From Mytilus californianus (lineage: Eukaryota): a stretch of DNA of 64,000 nucleotides. Under the pieces are notes generated by a model. That model was given only the letters and a program-made list of their open reading frames with translations. It had not been told where the DNA came from and ran no database searches. Position 1 is the first letter of the stretch. Each line of letters starts with the position of its first letter. The translations under genes were made by a program, and so were the position numbers. The stretch is from positions 14,694,001 to 14,758,000 of the forward strand of contig NW_026262593.1 in the NCBI RefSeq assembly GCF_021869535.1, in the 5' to 3' direction. Shown piece by piece: positions 1 to 11,700 of this stretch.

Positions 1-240
1 AGATCGAAAACAAACTGACAACGCCATGGCCAAAAATAAAAAGACAAACAGACAAATAATAGTACAAATGACACAACATAGAAAACTATAGACTAAGCAA
101 CACGAACCCCACCAAAAACTGGGGGTGATCTTAGGTGCTCCGGAAGGGTAAGCAGATCCTGATCCACATGTGTCACCCGTCGTGTTGCTTATGTTATTAC
201 AAATCCGGTAAATAGTCTAATTCGGTAGGTCACATTCGTC
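1..240 (-). repeat. Fragment of an abundant dispersed repeat (3' region of a Penelope-like/RT-associated family)
   Basis: Contains GGTGCTCCGGAAGGGTAAGCAGATCC. Related copies occur at ~39960-40100, ~50650-50790 and ~58260-58450. A degenerate version follows the RT remnant at ~38280. Confidence 0.6.
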
Positions 241-859
241 AAAAGGGAAGGGTATATAAGTTGGATTTTTTGACGTGATTGCAGCGTACTTAAACTGTGC
301 ATCATTTTAAAAGACCAATTGAAGCAAAACTGAACAAAATTGTTTTGACGAGAAAAAATATGATTCAGATAGTTTAGGATAAGTTATTGCCTTTTTAGAA
401 TAAAATGCTAATCTGCCATCTTTTTTAACATGACCAAATTGCAGCATGATTAGATATACTAACAGATTGTACATGAGAAATATTCTTTAAACATTGACTT
501 TAAGTTGTATAAGTCTCTAAAAAACAAAATATTATACCATTTATGTTAGAAATGCATAGCCTCTGATAATGACTGACAACTTTAATTAGACGACAGATAT
601 TTGGGAACAATTGCAAATTCGACTTGCTTGTATAACAGTATAAAAGTAATGGAAATTATAACAAATCTTTGAGAGGAATCTGTACTCATATATTTTAAAT
701 GTTCAACATTAAAAAATACTTAATGTACATTGTATATGTAATTAATTGTTCATTCTTTTACGACCAACCACAGAATAAAGAAGACAGGACGGCACTGATC
801 GAATAAAGTTGCGATACATTTCCTAGTTGAAAATGAGTTGTGAACGCGGAATTATGAAT

Positions 860-2665
860 AAGATTTCTTTACAGATTTGGTATAAACATGTGTATATATA
901 ATATTAATTTTGTTATCAGTAAATTCAAATCAAACTAAATATCATTTTTATATACATATGCACATTCATGGCTCTACAATCTGTCGATAACCGTATCTTG
1001 GCATTGCACAAGGTCATGTTTTTCTCTGACTGTTAATGACGTCTTTACATTAAATCCATTGGATGTTGGATGTGTACTGATTGATATTTTAGTCTTAGAT
1101 GCATGATTTTTGTCGAGCCTGCGACTTTTGTCGCAAAAGTGAGACATAGCGATCCTACATTCTGTCGTCGTCGGCGGCGTCCACAAATATTCACTATGTG
1201 GTTAAAGTTTTTCAAAATTTAATAACTTTCTTAAACTATCCTGGATTTCTACCAAACTTGGACAGAAGCTTCTTTATGATCATAAGATAGTATCCAGAAG
1301 TAAATTTTGTAAAAATAATTCCTGTTTATTCGTATTTTACTCATAAATGCACTTAGTTTTTCTACCAGTTAACAATACATTCTCTCTGTGGTTAAAGTTT
1401 TTCAAATTTTAATTACTTTCTTAAATTATCCTGGATTTGTACCATACTTGGACAAAAGCTTGTTTATGATCATAAGATAGTATTCAAAAGTAATTTTTGT
1501 TAAAAAAAATCCTTTTTACCCGTATTTTACTTATAAATGGACTTAGTTTTTCTGCCAGTTTACATTACATTCACTCTGTGGTTAAAGTTTTTCAAATTTT
1601 AATAACTTTCTTAAACTATCATGGATTTGTACCATACTTGGACAGAAGCTTGTTTATGATCATAAGATATTATTCAAAAGTAAATTTTGTTAAAAAAATC
1701 CTGTTTATCCGTATTTTACTTCTAAATGGATTTAGTTTTTCTTCCAGTTAACGTTACATTCACTCTGTGGTTAAAGTTTTCAAATTTTAATAACTTTCTT
1801 AAACTATCCTGGATTTGTACCGAACTTGGACAGAAGCTTGTTTATGATCAAAAGCTAGTATCTAGAAGGAAATTTTTTGTAAAAAAAAAAATTCCTATTT
1901 TTCCGTATATATCTTATAAATGGACTTAGTTTTTCTTCCAGTTTACATTACATACAGTCTGCAGTTAAAGTTTTTAAAACATTTATCAGATTCATAAACC
2001 ATCCTGGATTCTTACCAAACTTGAACAGAAGCTTCTTACATTCAAAAGATAGTATCTAGAGGAAAATTTTTAATAATTATTTCCCCATTTTTGTTGAATT
2101 TTTTTTATTAGTTGTTATTGGCTTTGAATTAGCTGTCAGTAACTGCGAGTACTCTCAGATCTATTCTTGGTGTCTTTTTGTTGTGGAGATGTATCAGTAC
2201 CTTTGCACGTCCACTCTGTGTTTTTGTTTGATGTATTTCTATTTGTGTTCATCTGATGAGTTAAGCCCTTATCAACTGATTTTTATAGTTTGTTCTTATG
2301 TTGTACTGTTACACCACTGTCCCAGGTTAGGGGGAGGGTTGGCGCTTTCAAACTAGTTTAACACCGCCAAATTTCTGTATATGCCTGTCCCAAGTCAGGA
2401 GCCTGTAATTCAGTGATTATCGCTTGTTGCTGTATAACATATTTGTTTTTCGTTCATTATTTTGTAATGAATTACGTCGTTAGTTTTCTCGTTTGAATTG
2501 TTTTACATTTGTCATTTCTGGGCCTTTTATAGCTGACTATGCGGTATGGGCTTTGCTCATTGTTGAAGGCCGTACGGTGACCTATAGTTGTTAATTTCTG
2601 TGTTATTTGGTCTCTTGTGTAGTGTTGTCTCATTGGCAATCATACTATATCTTCTTTTTTTTATA
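860..2665 (+). repeat. Copy of the most abundant dispersed repeat in the window, split by a nested element at 1107-2100
   Basis: The uninterrupted junction GATGCATGATTTTTTTTATTAGTTG is seen in the copy at 14395-15015. Other copies: 3115-3355(-), 8575-9360(-), 31866-32140(+), 32270-32960(-), 33350-34210(-), 35460-35650(+), 51675-52090(-), 58040-58260(-). Confidence 0.8.
1107..2100 (+). mobile_element. Non-autonomous Helentron-type (HINE/pearl-like) element with central ~190-bp tandem array
   Basis: Inserted in a T-run with no TSD. It has a 5' GTCGAGCCTGCGAC...GTCGTCGTCGGCGGC microsatellite-like head. Array units start at about 1198, 1388, 1578, 1767 and 1961. ORFs 1497-1751 and 1726-1929 are array artefacts. 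Confidence 0.7.
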
Positions 2666-4231
2666 TTTAGTATCAATTAATTTAATTAGAGTTGATGGGT
2701 TTTAGTCATCGATAGAATGCAAGCGCTCTAAAGCTGTTGAAGTACACGTTTCATACAGCCATATAAAAATATACATTCAAGAGACCACTTCTTTAAAAAT
2801 TATCTTCCCTTTTGTTGCATTTTACCTATTAGAAATCAACGAGTCTGCTCCGTTTTGCAAGTCACCCTTTAATACTGACATTAAGCAATCTCTAATAAAT
2901 CACATATTTATACTTTTTGTCACTGGTCTCTAAAAGAGCGACGAAAGATATCAGAGGGACAGTAAAACTCTCTAGTTACCACTTAACACACAACTATATT
3001 CTCTTTTCCTCATCAAATGTTTCACGGCCCTATAAACTTTGCTAAAGTGTATTAATGCAGAGAAGTTGGCAGATATTTTGTTACATGTTATGATTTTCTC
3101 TTCTTTTGATGTTCATATAAAAAAGAAGATGTAGTATGAATGCCAATGAGACAACTCTCCACAAGAGACCAAATGACACAGAAATTAACAGATTTAGGTC
3201 ACCTTACGGCCTTCAACAATGAGCAAAGCCCATACCGCATAGTCAGCTATAAAAGGCCCCGAAATCACAAATGTAAAACAATTCAAACGAGAAAACTAAC
3301 GGCCTAATTAATGTACAAAAAAATCAAAGAAAAACAAATAAGTAACACAGCAACAGTTTGTTTTACATAGGACATGCACTGACTAAATATTTTGTAAATC
3401 ATCATTATTGATTGCTGTAACTTTTTATGGGCCTGATTTTGATTCTAATACTTGCAACTGGACATTTAAAAACTATCAAGAATCAATAATATAGTAGATT
3501 AACATGGGAACGTGCTCAGAACCTGCTTTTAGAAATATATACACACCATACCAGATAATATATTAAATAATAAAGTTTCAAGGATAAAACAAATCTGCTC
3601 ATCTACCAAATTACAAATCGTTTTTTGAAAGAGGAATTTACTTCTTCCCATAGCACCTGGCTTGATACTTACAAAATAAAGTCCGGATAAATTGCTGCCA
3701 GTCGGGAAGAACGGTCACTGTTGATGGAAATTTATTGAAAAAGCAATCCCAGTCAATTTCGTCACCTATGAAAATTAATAGTTACAACTAAATTGTATTC
3801 ATGTAAACGTTTCATTTCATATTGTACTAGATATTGGTATGTTGCTGGCTTTTACGAAGACAACTTTGGAATAGTATGACATGTGATGTATGCAAATTAA
3901 GAAGGAGATCCTCGTTGTACCTAGTATGACTGTATTTGTAGTTCCGAGTGTTTATTCTAATTTGTTATCTGTTAAAACCTGGATGTTATTATGTAAAATG
4001 AAATGGGAATGTTACCTTCATATTTATCTTATTGTATAAACACTCCAATTTTAGATTATAATTGTTAAACTTCAAATGCAATGTAGACCTGATCTTTATG
4101 GGAAAAAAACAAGATTGTAATTCCTGCAACAGAGAAGTTTTGAAATTGATAAAAAGAACGGGGAAATTGCGATGTCCACTTTTTTTGGAAACGTCGGTTT
4201 ATATTTCCGTCAAAACATGGATTTTTAATAA

Positions 4232-5215
4232 AATTGAGAATGGAAATGGGGAATATGTCAAAGAGACAACAACCCGACCAATGTGCAGACAACAGCCGAA
4301 GGCCACCGATGGGTCTTCAACGCAGCGAGAAAATCCCGCACCCGGAGGTGGTCCTCAGCTGGCCCCTAAAAAAATTGTGTACTAGTTCAGTAGAAATGGA
4401 CGTCACTCCAAAACATACAAATGAACTAAGATTAAAAAAAATTACAAGACTAACAAAGGCCAGAGGCTCCTGCCTTGGGACAGGCGCAAAAATGCGGCGG
4501 GGTTAAACATGTTTTGTGAGATCTCAACCCTCCCCCTATACCTCTAGCCAATGTAGAATAAAGATAACATAGCAATACGCACAGTAAAACTCAGTTAAAA
4601 GAAGTCCGAGTCCGATGTCAGAATAGGTAACAAAAGAAACTAAGCAAAATGATAATGATACATAAATGAACAGAGGACTACTAGCAGTTACTGACATGCC
4701 AGCTCCAGACCTCAATTAAACTGATTGACAGATTATGTCTTCATCGTATGAAAATCAAGTACAATCCCTCCCGTAAGGGGTTTAGTATCATACCATCATA
4801 AAATATATGAGAAGAACATAACCCGTATCATGCCAATAACTGGTTTAAGAATAAATGTGTTTATTTCCGATGCAAAGACCCTATGAGTGAATCAATATTA
4901 ATACCAAAATATGCAATCCTTAATGACTTGACAACGGTATCGTAACTATATCCTTTCCGAATAAGTCTGTTTAAAGGTTTGGTTAGCTTTTGAGGTGAAT
5001 GCCGACATTTTTGTGCTTTGTAAGGAATATTACCATAAAATATTGGATGTGAAATACCTGAACGTATAAGATGTATGCATGTTGATTTATATTTACGAAT
5101 GATGTCCTTGTACCGATGATAAAATTTAGTAAATGTTTTGACTAGTTTGTGATGTCGAAAACCCTGGTGTAATAATTTTTCAGTAATACAGAGATTTCTT
5201 CAGTTGAAATCAAAT
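4232..5215 (-). mobile_element. 5'-truncated Penelope-like retroelement (RT C-terminal region plus 3' repeat)
   Basis: Minus frame ~5200-4861 reads LCITEKLLHQGFRHHKLVKTFTKFYHRYKDIIRKYK...SLHRK*. This resembles the region that follows YISQLIRY in mollusc Penelope-like RTs. The abundant 3' repeat follows it. Confidence 0.65.
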
Positions 5216-5271
5216 ACGTTGTTACATACACGAGCGAATCGAACAAGGTTTTGTTTACTTGCAACAACACA

Positions 5272-5707
5272 TCAATTTATATAATTGCTCCTTATAGGAC
5301 CCATAATAATGAGAGTGTGGTCTTTATAAACAGTGCACGTAATTGTTATATTCCCTATAGAATGAAAAGATAATTATTTCAGTCTTGATCATTTTTAACT
5401 TTGTGTCCAAAGATCTGTTAAATGAAACTTTCATTAAACACAATTATTTGGTAAATGCTGTTAATGAAAAATTCCATAAGCAGCGGTACAAACATCTTCG
5501 TTATTTGCCTCATATATTGGAATCTTCTAATGTCATTGGTTATCTATACTTGACGCAATCAATTAGCATATTTATTGGAAGTAATGCTTATTTTGACGGT
5601 CTCAATTAAAGTATGCAAGTTCGTTTGCTCGCCAAATATTTTTCAAACACTTACCAGATCTAAGACAGATTTTCCTTATATTTTCCAGTATAGAACTAAC
5701 ATCTTGC
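5272..5707 (-). CDS. TNFR-like last two exons (5707-5655 and 5354-5272)
   Basis: Strong signals: TTGCTTTTCTTCAG/GTAAGT and TCTTTTCATTCTATAG. Phases 2-1 then 1 to stop. Encodes QDVSSILENIRKICLRS-GNITITCTVYKDHTLIIMGPIRSNYIN*. Confidence 0.6.
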
Positions 5708-8700
5708 CTGAAGAAAAGCAATAATAGAAACTGTTGCATCTAAACAATTGTAATGATAACATTCGACGTCATATTTCTTTTTCACTCATTTCCATATCAA
5801 ATCACTAACAAATGCACATTTTCTATGTCATTCGATCAGTCTTAAAAACAACGCATTGACGAAGGTGTGTATCACTGACGATGATTAAAACAACTTAAAA
5901 TTTTCAAAGAAGCATTTTCTTACGAGAAACATTTTCCTGACATAATTTGTGCACATATTTATTTCTATTGATTGTTGATTCCTTCCCTTTCAGTGGCTAA
6001 TATTTTATACATATTCAGGATGATATTTACGGAAGCGTATTAGCGCCACACAATTTTTTTATATTTATTCCTATAACGCAAACATTTGCGAAATAACGCA
6101 AACCTTTTTTTGTTATAACGCAAACCTTTGCGAAATAACGCTAGCCTTTAGGTTATAAGGCAAACATTTGTTTTATTTTATTAGGGAAGCAGCTGTTATA
6201 AATGAAGGAGGATGCATGTATTAAAATTATTATTGCAACGTAAAATGCTTGAGTGTTTAGCACATATCATGGTATAATAATGAGCAGGAAAATACTTGTA
6301 TACATATATTACAAAGAAAATTAAGTAATTGGAAGTAATACCGAAGAAAAAAAATCAACCCTGTTAATGTAGCCGAATTTAAATATATTTCCAAAGTAAG
6401 TGCTCGTTTGAGCATTGTGTAAGATTGGTTCGATCCAAACAAGCTAACCTATTGAAATAAAGATATAAGATGCAGATTTTGTATTATTATAATTATGTTC
6501 TTAACATTCAAATTGCTACCCAAACATCTTAAATAGCTACATCACTAGATTGAAGTTTAAAACCCCATTACTTTTTATCATAGAATCTTTATCATATTAT
6601 GAGATTTCAACAAACGATTTCTTACATCAAAATTTAAAAAAAAAAAATTATTCTAAATAGTTCATTTTAAAGCAGAAAGATAATTTTGTCTATTAGACTT
6701 ATAGTTTCACAACTGTATGACATCTTTTTGCTCTTCTTTTTTTTCCGTAATCAAAATTTTCAAAATCTTGACCTTTCAATTAAAATTTGCCTATACCATA
6801 TCTATTTTCATGTTAAATTGATATTATTATCTGATACAAAAACCAATCTTAATTTGTGTATAATTGCATTTTAATTATTCCCTTATTCCTATGTATATTT
6901 ATTATAATCATTTGACCTTGTGTTCGTGGTACTTCTCTTAACTAAATCACAACCGAAATTTACAGACAAACAGACATGCAAATGCCGACATTTACAAAAA
7001 CACTGCTTTCAAATTATATCATAAATGTAAAATGTTTATCCAATATAGTTTTTGATTATAAAATATACAAAACTTAATGAATAATTAAAATCAAAATGTT
7101 TGCGTTACAACACAAACATAGGAAGAAATTTAAAAATACTGTATGGCACTAAAATTCTTCCGTATAAAATATTAAGAATTTGACGAATAATTAAAATCCA
7201 AATGTTTGCGTTTAACGCAAACATAGGAAGAAATATAAAAAAAATGTGTGGCGCTAATACGCTTCCGTAGATATTCGTTATCAAATATTTACCTATTGAC
7301 AACTAAAATATCATTGCTAGGATTACTTTCGATTAAATTAGAAACATAACATTATATAATTATTATATCAACATTAACCGTTTTATAGGTTTATATGCCA
7401 TTTAATTATTATTTCTTACAATCTTGTAGAATTTTAGACTATTTAACAACAAACTTACTCTTAGTGGGAAAAATTTAGTTCCCTTTTTAAAGTCCATTAT
7501 TTACCCTTCAACATCAGTTTGATGTGTAATGCTCATTGTTGAGGTTCAAACTCATGGTCATATTGATTCAAAGACAAATGTCTTCTTCAACTCATTGTCA
7601 TATCACTTCTGGTTACTTTTTGGAATTACAGGAACAAACAAAGTTGCGACTACTACCTGCGACAAGACCAGAAATTTTGTTGTTCTATATAATTCATTCA
7701 TTTAAATAGAACAACGCATTGACGAATTTGTGTATCACTGACTATGATTCAAAATATTCAAAAATTGTCAATGAAGCATTTTCTTAAGTGAAAATTTACC
7801 GGACATAATTTTATGCAAATGATAATTGATATTGATTGTTGTTTAGTTCAAGTGCACTGGCATATATTTCATTCATATTCAGGATCATGCTAATTAATGA
7901 AAAGTTAAATACCTATTGACCAACGGCATAACGTTATTAGGATTTATATTGACCAACGGCATATCATTATTAGGATTCCTATCAACAAATTAGGACTTTA
8001 ACATTATATAACAAATTTTATAAACAATAAACGTATAATATGACATAGAATTATTTTTTTCTTTTTCATTTCATTACATTGTAGACTATTCAACAACAAA
8101 CTTACTCATAGGAAAACCAATCAAAAGTCAAGTTGAATTTGCTAACAACCATCTGTATCAGTTTGATATATAATGCTCATTTTAAAGGTTCAAGCTCATG
8201 GTCATATTAATTCGAAAACAACATAATGTGCTCGAAACATGTAGGACTTTTAAGTTTGTTTGTTATCATATAATTCATTTACTTGCAAAAACAATCCATT
8301 AACGAATATGTCTACCCCTAATGCGGATTGAAACCTTTCAAAGAAACCCTTTCTTAAGTGAAAATATTTTTCCAAATATTCGGCTTTGAGCGTTCCTGGT
8401 GAATGTAAATCCAGAAAAGCGCTTCGGACGCATGAAATTTCTAAAGTGTTGTTTTCATTTTTTACAGCACTGGGTCGATACCGCTGCTGGCTGGTGGACT
8501 ATCAGTACCCGGGATTATCATTAGCGCAGTAGTCAGTACTCCGGTATGGACATGATTTATAACAATAATAATAAGAATATGTGGTATGATTGCCAATGAG
8601 ACAACTCTCCACAGGAGACAAAATGACATAGCAATTAATAACTATGAGTCACCTTACGGCCTTCAACAATGAGCAAAACTCATATCGCATAGTCAGCTAT

Positions 8701-11700
8701 AAAAAGCCCCGAAATGACAAATGTAAAACAATTCAAAAGAGAAAACTAACGGCTTGATTAATGTACAAAATAGAGAACGAAAAAGAAATATGATATATAG
8801 AAACAAACGACAACCACTGAATTACAGGCTCCTGACTTGGGACAGGCATATACAGAATGTGGCGGGGTTAAACTAGTTTAAAGACGCCAACCCTCCCCTA
8901 ACCTGGGACAGTGGTGTAACAGTACAATATAAGAACAAACTATAAAAATCAGTCGAAAATGGCTTAACTCATCAGATCGATACAAAGCAGAAATACATCC
9001 AACGAAAACACATCCCCACAAAAAAGTACAGATATGAAAGTACTCGCAGTTACTGACGGCTAGTTCAAAGCCAATAACAACTAATTACAAAAAGCATGCA
9101 TCTCAGACTAAAATATCAATCAGTACACATCCAACACCCAATGTATTTAGTGTAAAGACGTCATTAACAGTCAGAGAAAAATATGACCTTGTGCAATGCC
9201 AAAATACAGCGATGAATGTGCATATGTATATAAAAATAATATTTAGTTTGATTTTGATTTACTGATAACAAAATCAATATTAATACCAATAAAAACAATA
9301 TTCAAAGATCTAATTACAGTGTTGAATTGGTAACCTTTTAGAATAAGTTTATTTAAAGGATCGATAAGTTAACCCGGATTGTTTATGAATTTCCGGGCTC
9401 GGTAAACAACATCACTGTAAAAATCAGGATGTGCTATCCCGTTTGAAATAAGTTTTCTGTCTGCAGATACATCTAAACTTCCAAACCAAATCTTTTGTAT
9501 CTTTGGAAGAATTTAGTAAATGTTTTAAGTAATTTGTGGTAACGAATTCCCTGACTTAATAATTTACAACCTAGTTTCTAAAATTGTCCGTTTATATATC
9601 TATAAATTATTAAGAAACTAAGGTTTCAACTCCCTCATGCAAAGTTGGCCTTAGATTGATTTGGCTATTATTTTCAAGTCCTTTTGGTCAAAGTACTCTT
9701 CAACTGTTATGTATCTTTCTTAAACATCTTTGACTTTCAAATATTCGGCTTCGAGCGTTCCTGATGAAGGTAAATCCAGAAAAAGCGCTTCGGACGCATG
9801 AAATTATTAAGTGTTGTTTTCACTGTTTGTCTTGCAAATAGGTTTCATATTTATCCCATGGCGTTGTCAGTTTCTCTCGACTAATGAGTTTTGAATGTAC
9901 CCTTAGCATCCACCGCTCCTATATTCATATTGATAGTTTTTTGCTTCACGTCCATTGGCAAATATTTGATACAAATTCAGGATGATAATAAATGAAAAGG
10001 AACTTACCTATTGACCAAGGAAATATTGTTCCTAGAATCACTATTGAACAAATAAGAAACATACAATAATATAACTAATTTTATTAATAATAATCGTATT
10101 ATATGTTATTAATTGTTTTCTTTTTCTTTTAAATCTTATAACATTTTAGACAATTTAACAACAAAGTTACTCCTCCCATGCAAAATAAAATAACCAAACT
10201 TGCATTTTATAAGCCATTTGCATCCCTTCTACATGAGATTGATATCTAATGCTTATTTGTAAGGTTTAAACTCTTGATCATTTTGATTCGAAGACAAAAT
10301 GATGCCTGGGATAAACGTAGGATTATATAGTCATTTGTTCATGTACGCATTGGCGAATGTGTGTATCACGATAACGAAAGAAGCTTGTTACGATGTGAAT
10401 AATTTTTCCTATATATTTTGTTGAAGCAAATAATTATTAATAATAATTGTTAATTGCTTCACGAACAGTGGCAAATATTTCAATCAAATTCAAGATGATA
10501 ATTAATGACAAGTTACTTACCTATTGATCAAGGAAATACCGTTGTTAGGATTACTATTAAATAAAAAAAAACTATTTACAACAAAGTCTCAAAGGGAAAA
10601 AATGAAAATAAAATTGCATGTTTTATGCCATTTTCATCTGTTTGATTCAAATATCCAATGCTGATATTTAAAGTTCCAAATCGTCAGAAAACAAATTACC
10701 CTAAATTCACTGGCATACACCAAACTATTCTGTATAACAGTAGTCTATTGAGTAACTGCTTGAAAATACTCATATGTGTATGACGTTCAAAAAAGTTTAT
10801 TTTTGAAGGTAAATATTTTAATTTTTTACAACATTTTTTTAATATTTACTTAAAAAGAAAAATCAGATTAAATTATGATATACATCATGAGTTGAGAAAA
10901 AACAACACTATAGCAAAAACAAAAGACGAACATTCCATCTCCTATCCACAAAACATTACATAGAGAATTAAAAAAAAAGCAATCCGAGACCCAGAATAAA
11001 ATAGGGTTGATTGTAAAAAGTGCCTGCTTGGCTTGTTGCACCAATCGTGTTGCTTATCTCGACCTAAAGAGCATGGCGTTAGAGAATATAGGGGAAAATG
11101 TGTTTAATTCAAGGACAACCACAAAAATGTAATCTAGTATTCTAGAGATCAATATACTTGTTTTAATATTATACAGGTGCCTACAACCTCATATGTTAAA
11201 CCTTGGTCAACGGTATAACAAAAGGTAAACAAAATATCTATATACTAAACAATCTGTACCTGAAATGCATTGAACTCTAATATATATTTCAGTTTTAGAA
11301 TATATAGGACTTTTCGTACAATCATTTATTGTACTCTCAAAAGGCTGCATTCTGTATTTTCTTTATAACAAATTAATTTACGGTTACGTTTGCATTGTGA
11401 CTTGTATTTTTTTCATATTATTTCTACTAAATCCTTAAGAATGCAATAATGATTGATTTTATGACACCTTCAATTATTTCAGCTTTGAGTTAGAAAGTCA
11501 TGCTGTTCATTTTATGATTTGTATTGTTCATCATACTTTTATTTTCCCCCTTATCTCTTACAGTTTCCATTGAACATTTCCTAACGCAGACAATTCATTA
11601 CTTATGTACAATTGGTTCAATTATTGTGATCAATTATGTTATACTTATCAATCATATTTTATTCATACTGAATTTATATGAGAATCTCATTTTTCTATCC

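Noticed and set aside
5460-5530. Death-domain-like peptide IYEANNEDVCTAAYGIFH on the minus strand
   Set aside because: It ends in a stop, has a weak acceptor, and its phase is incompatible with the upstream exon.
7450-10175. Conserved AAA(C/G)TTACTC donor-like motif in each duplicated intron unit, suggesting a second exon series
   Set aside because: Upstream frames are closed or phase-incompatible and acceptors are weak; treated as cryptic.
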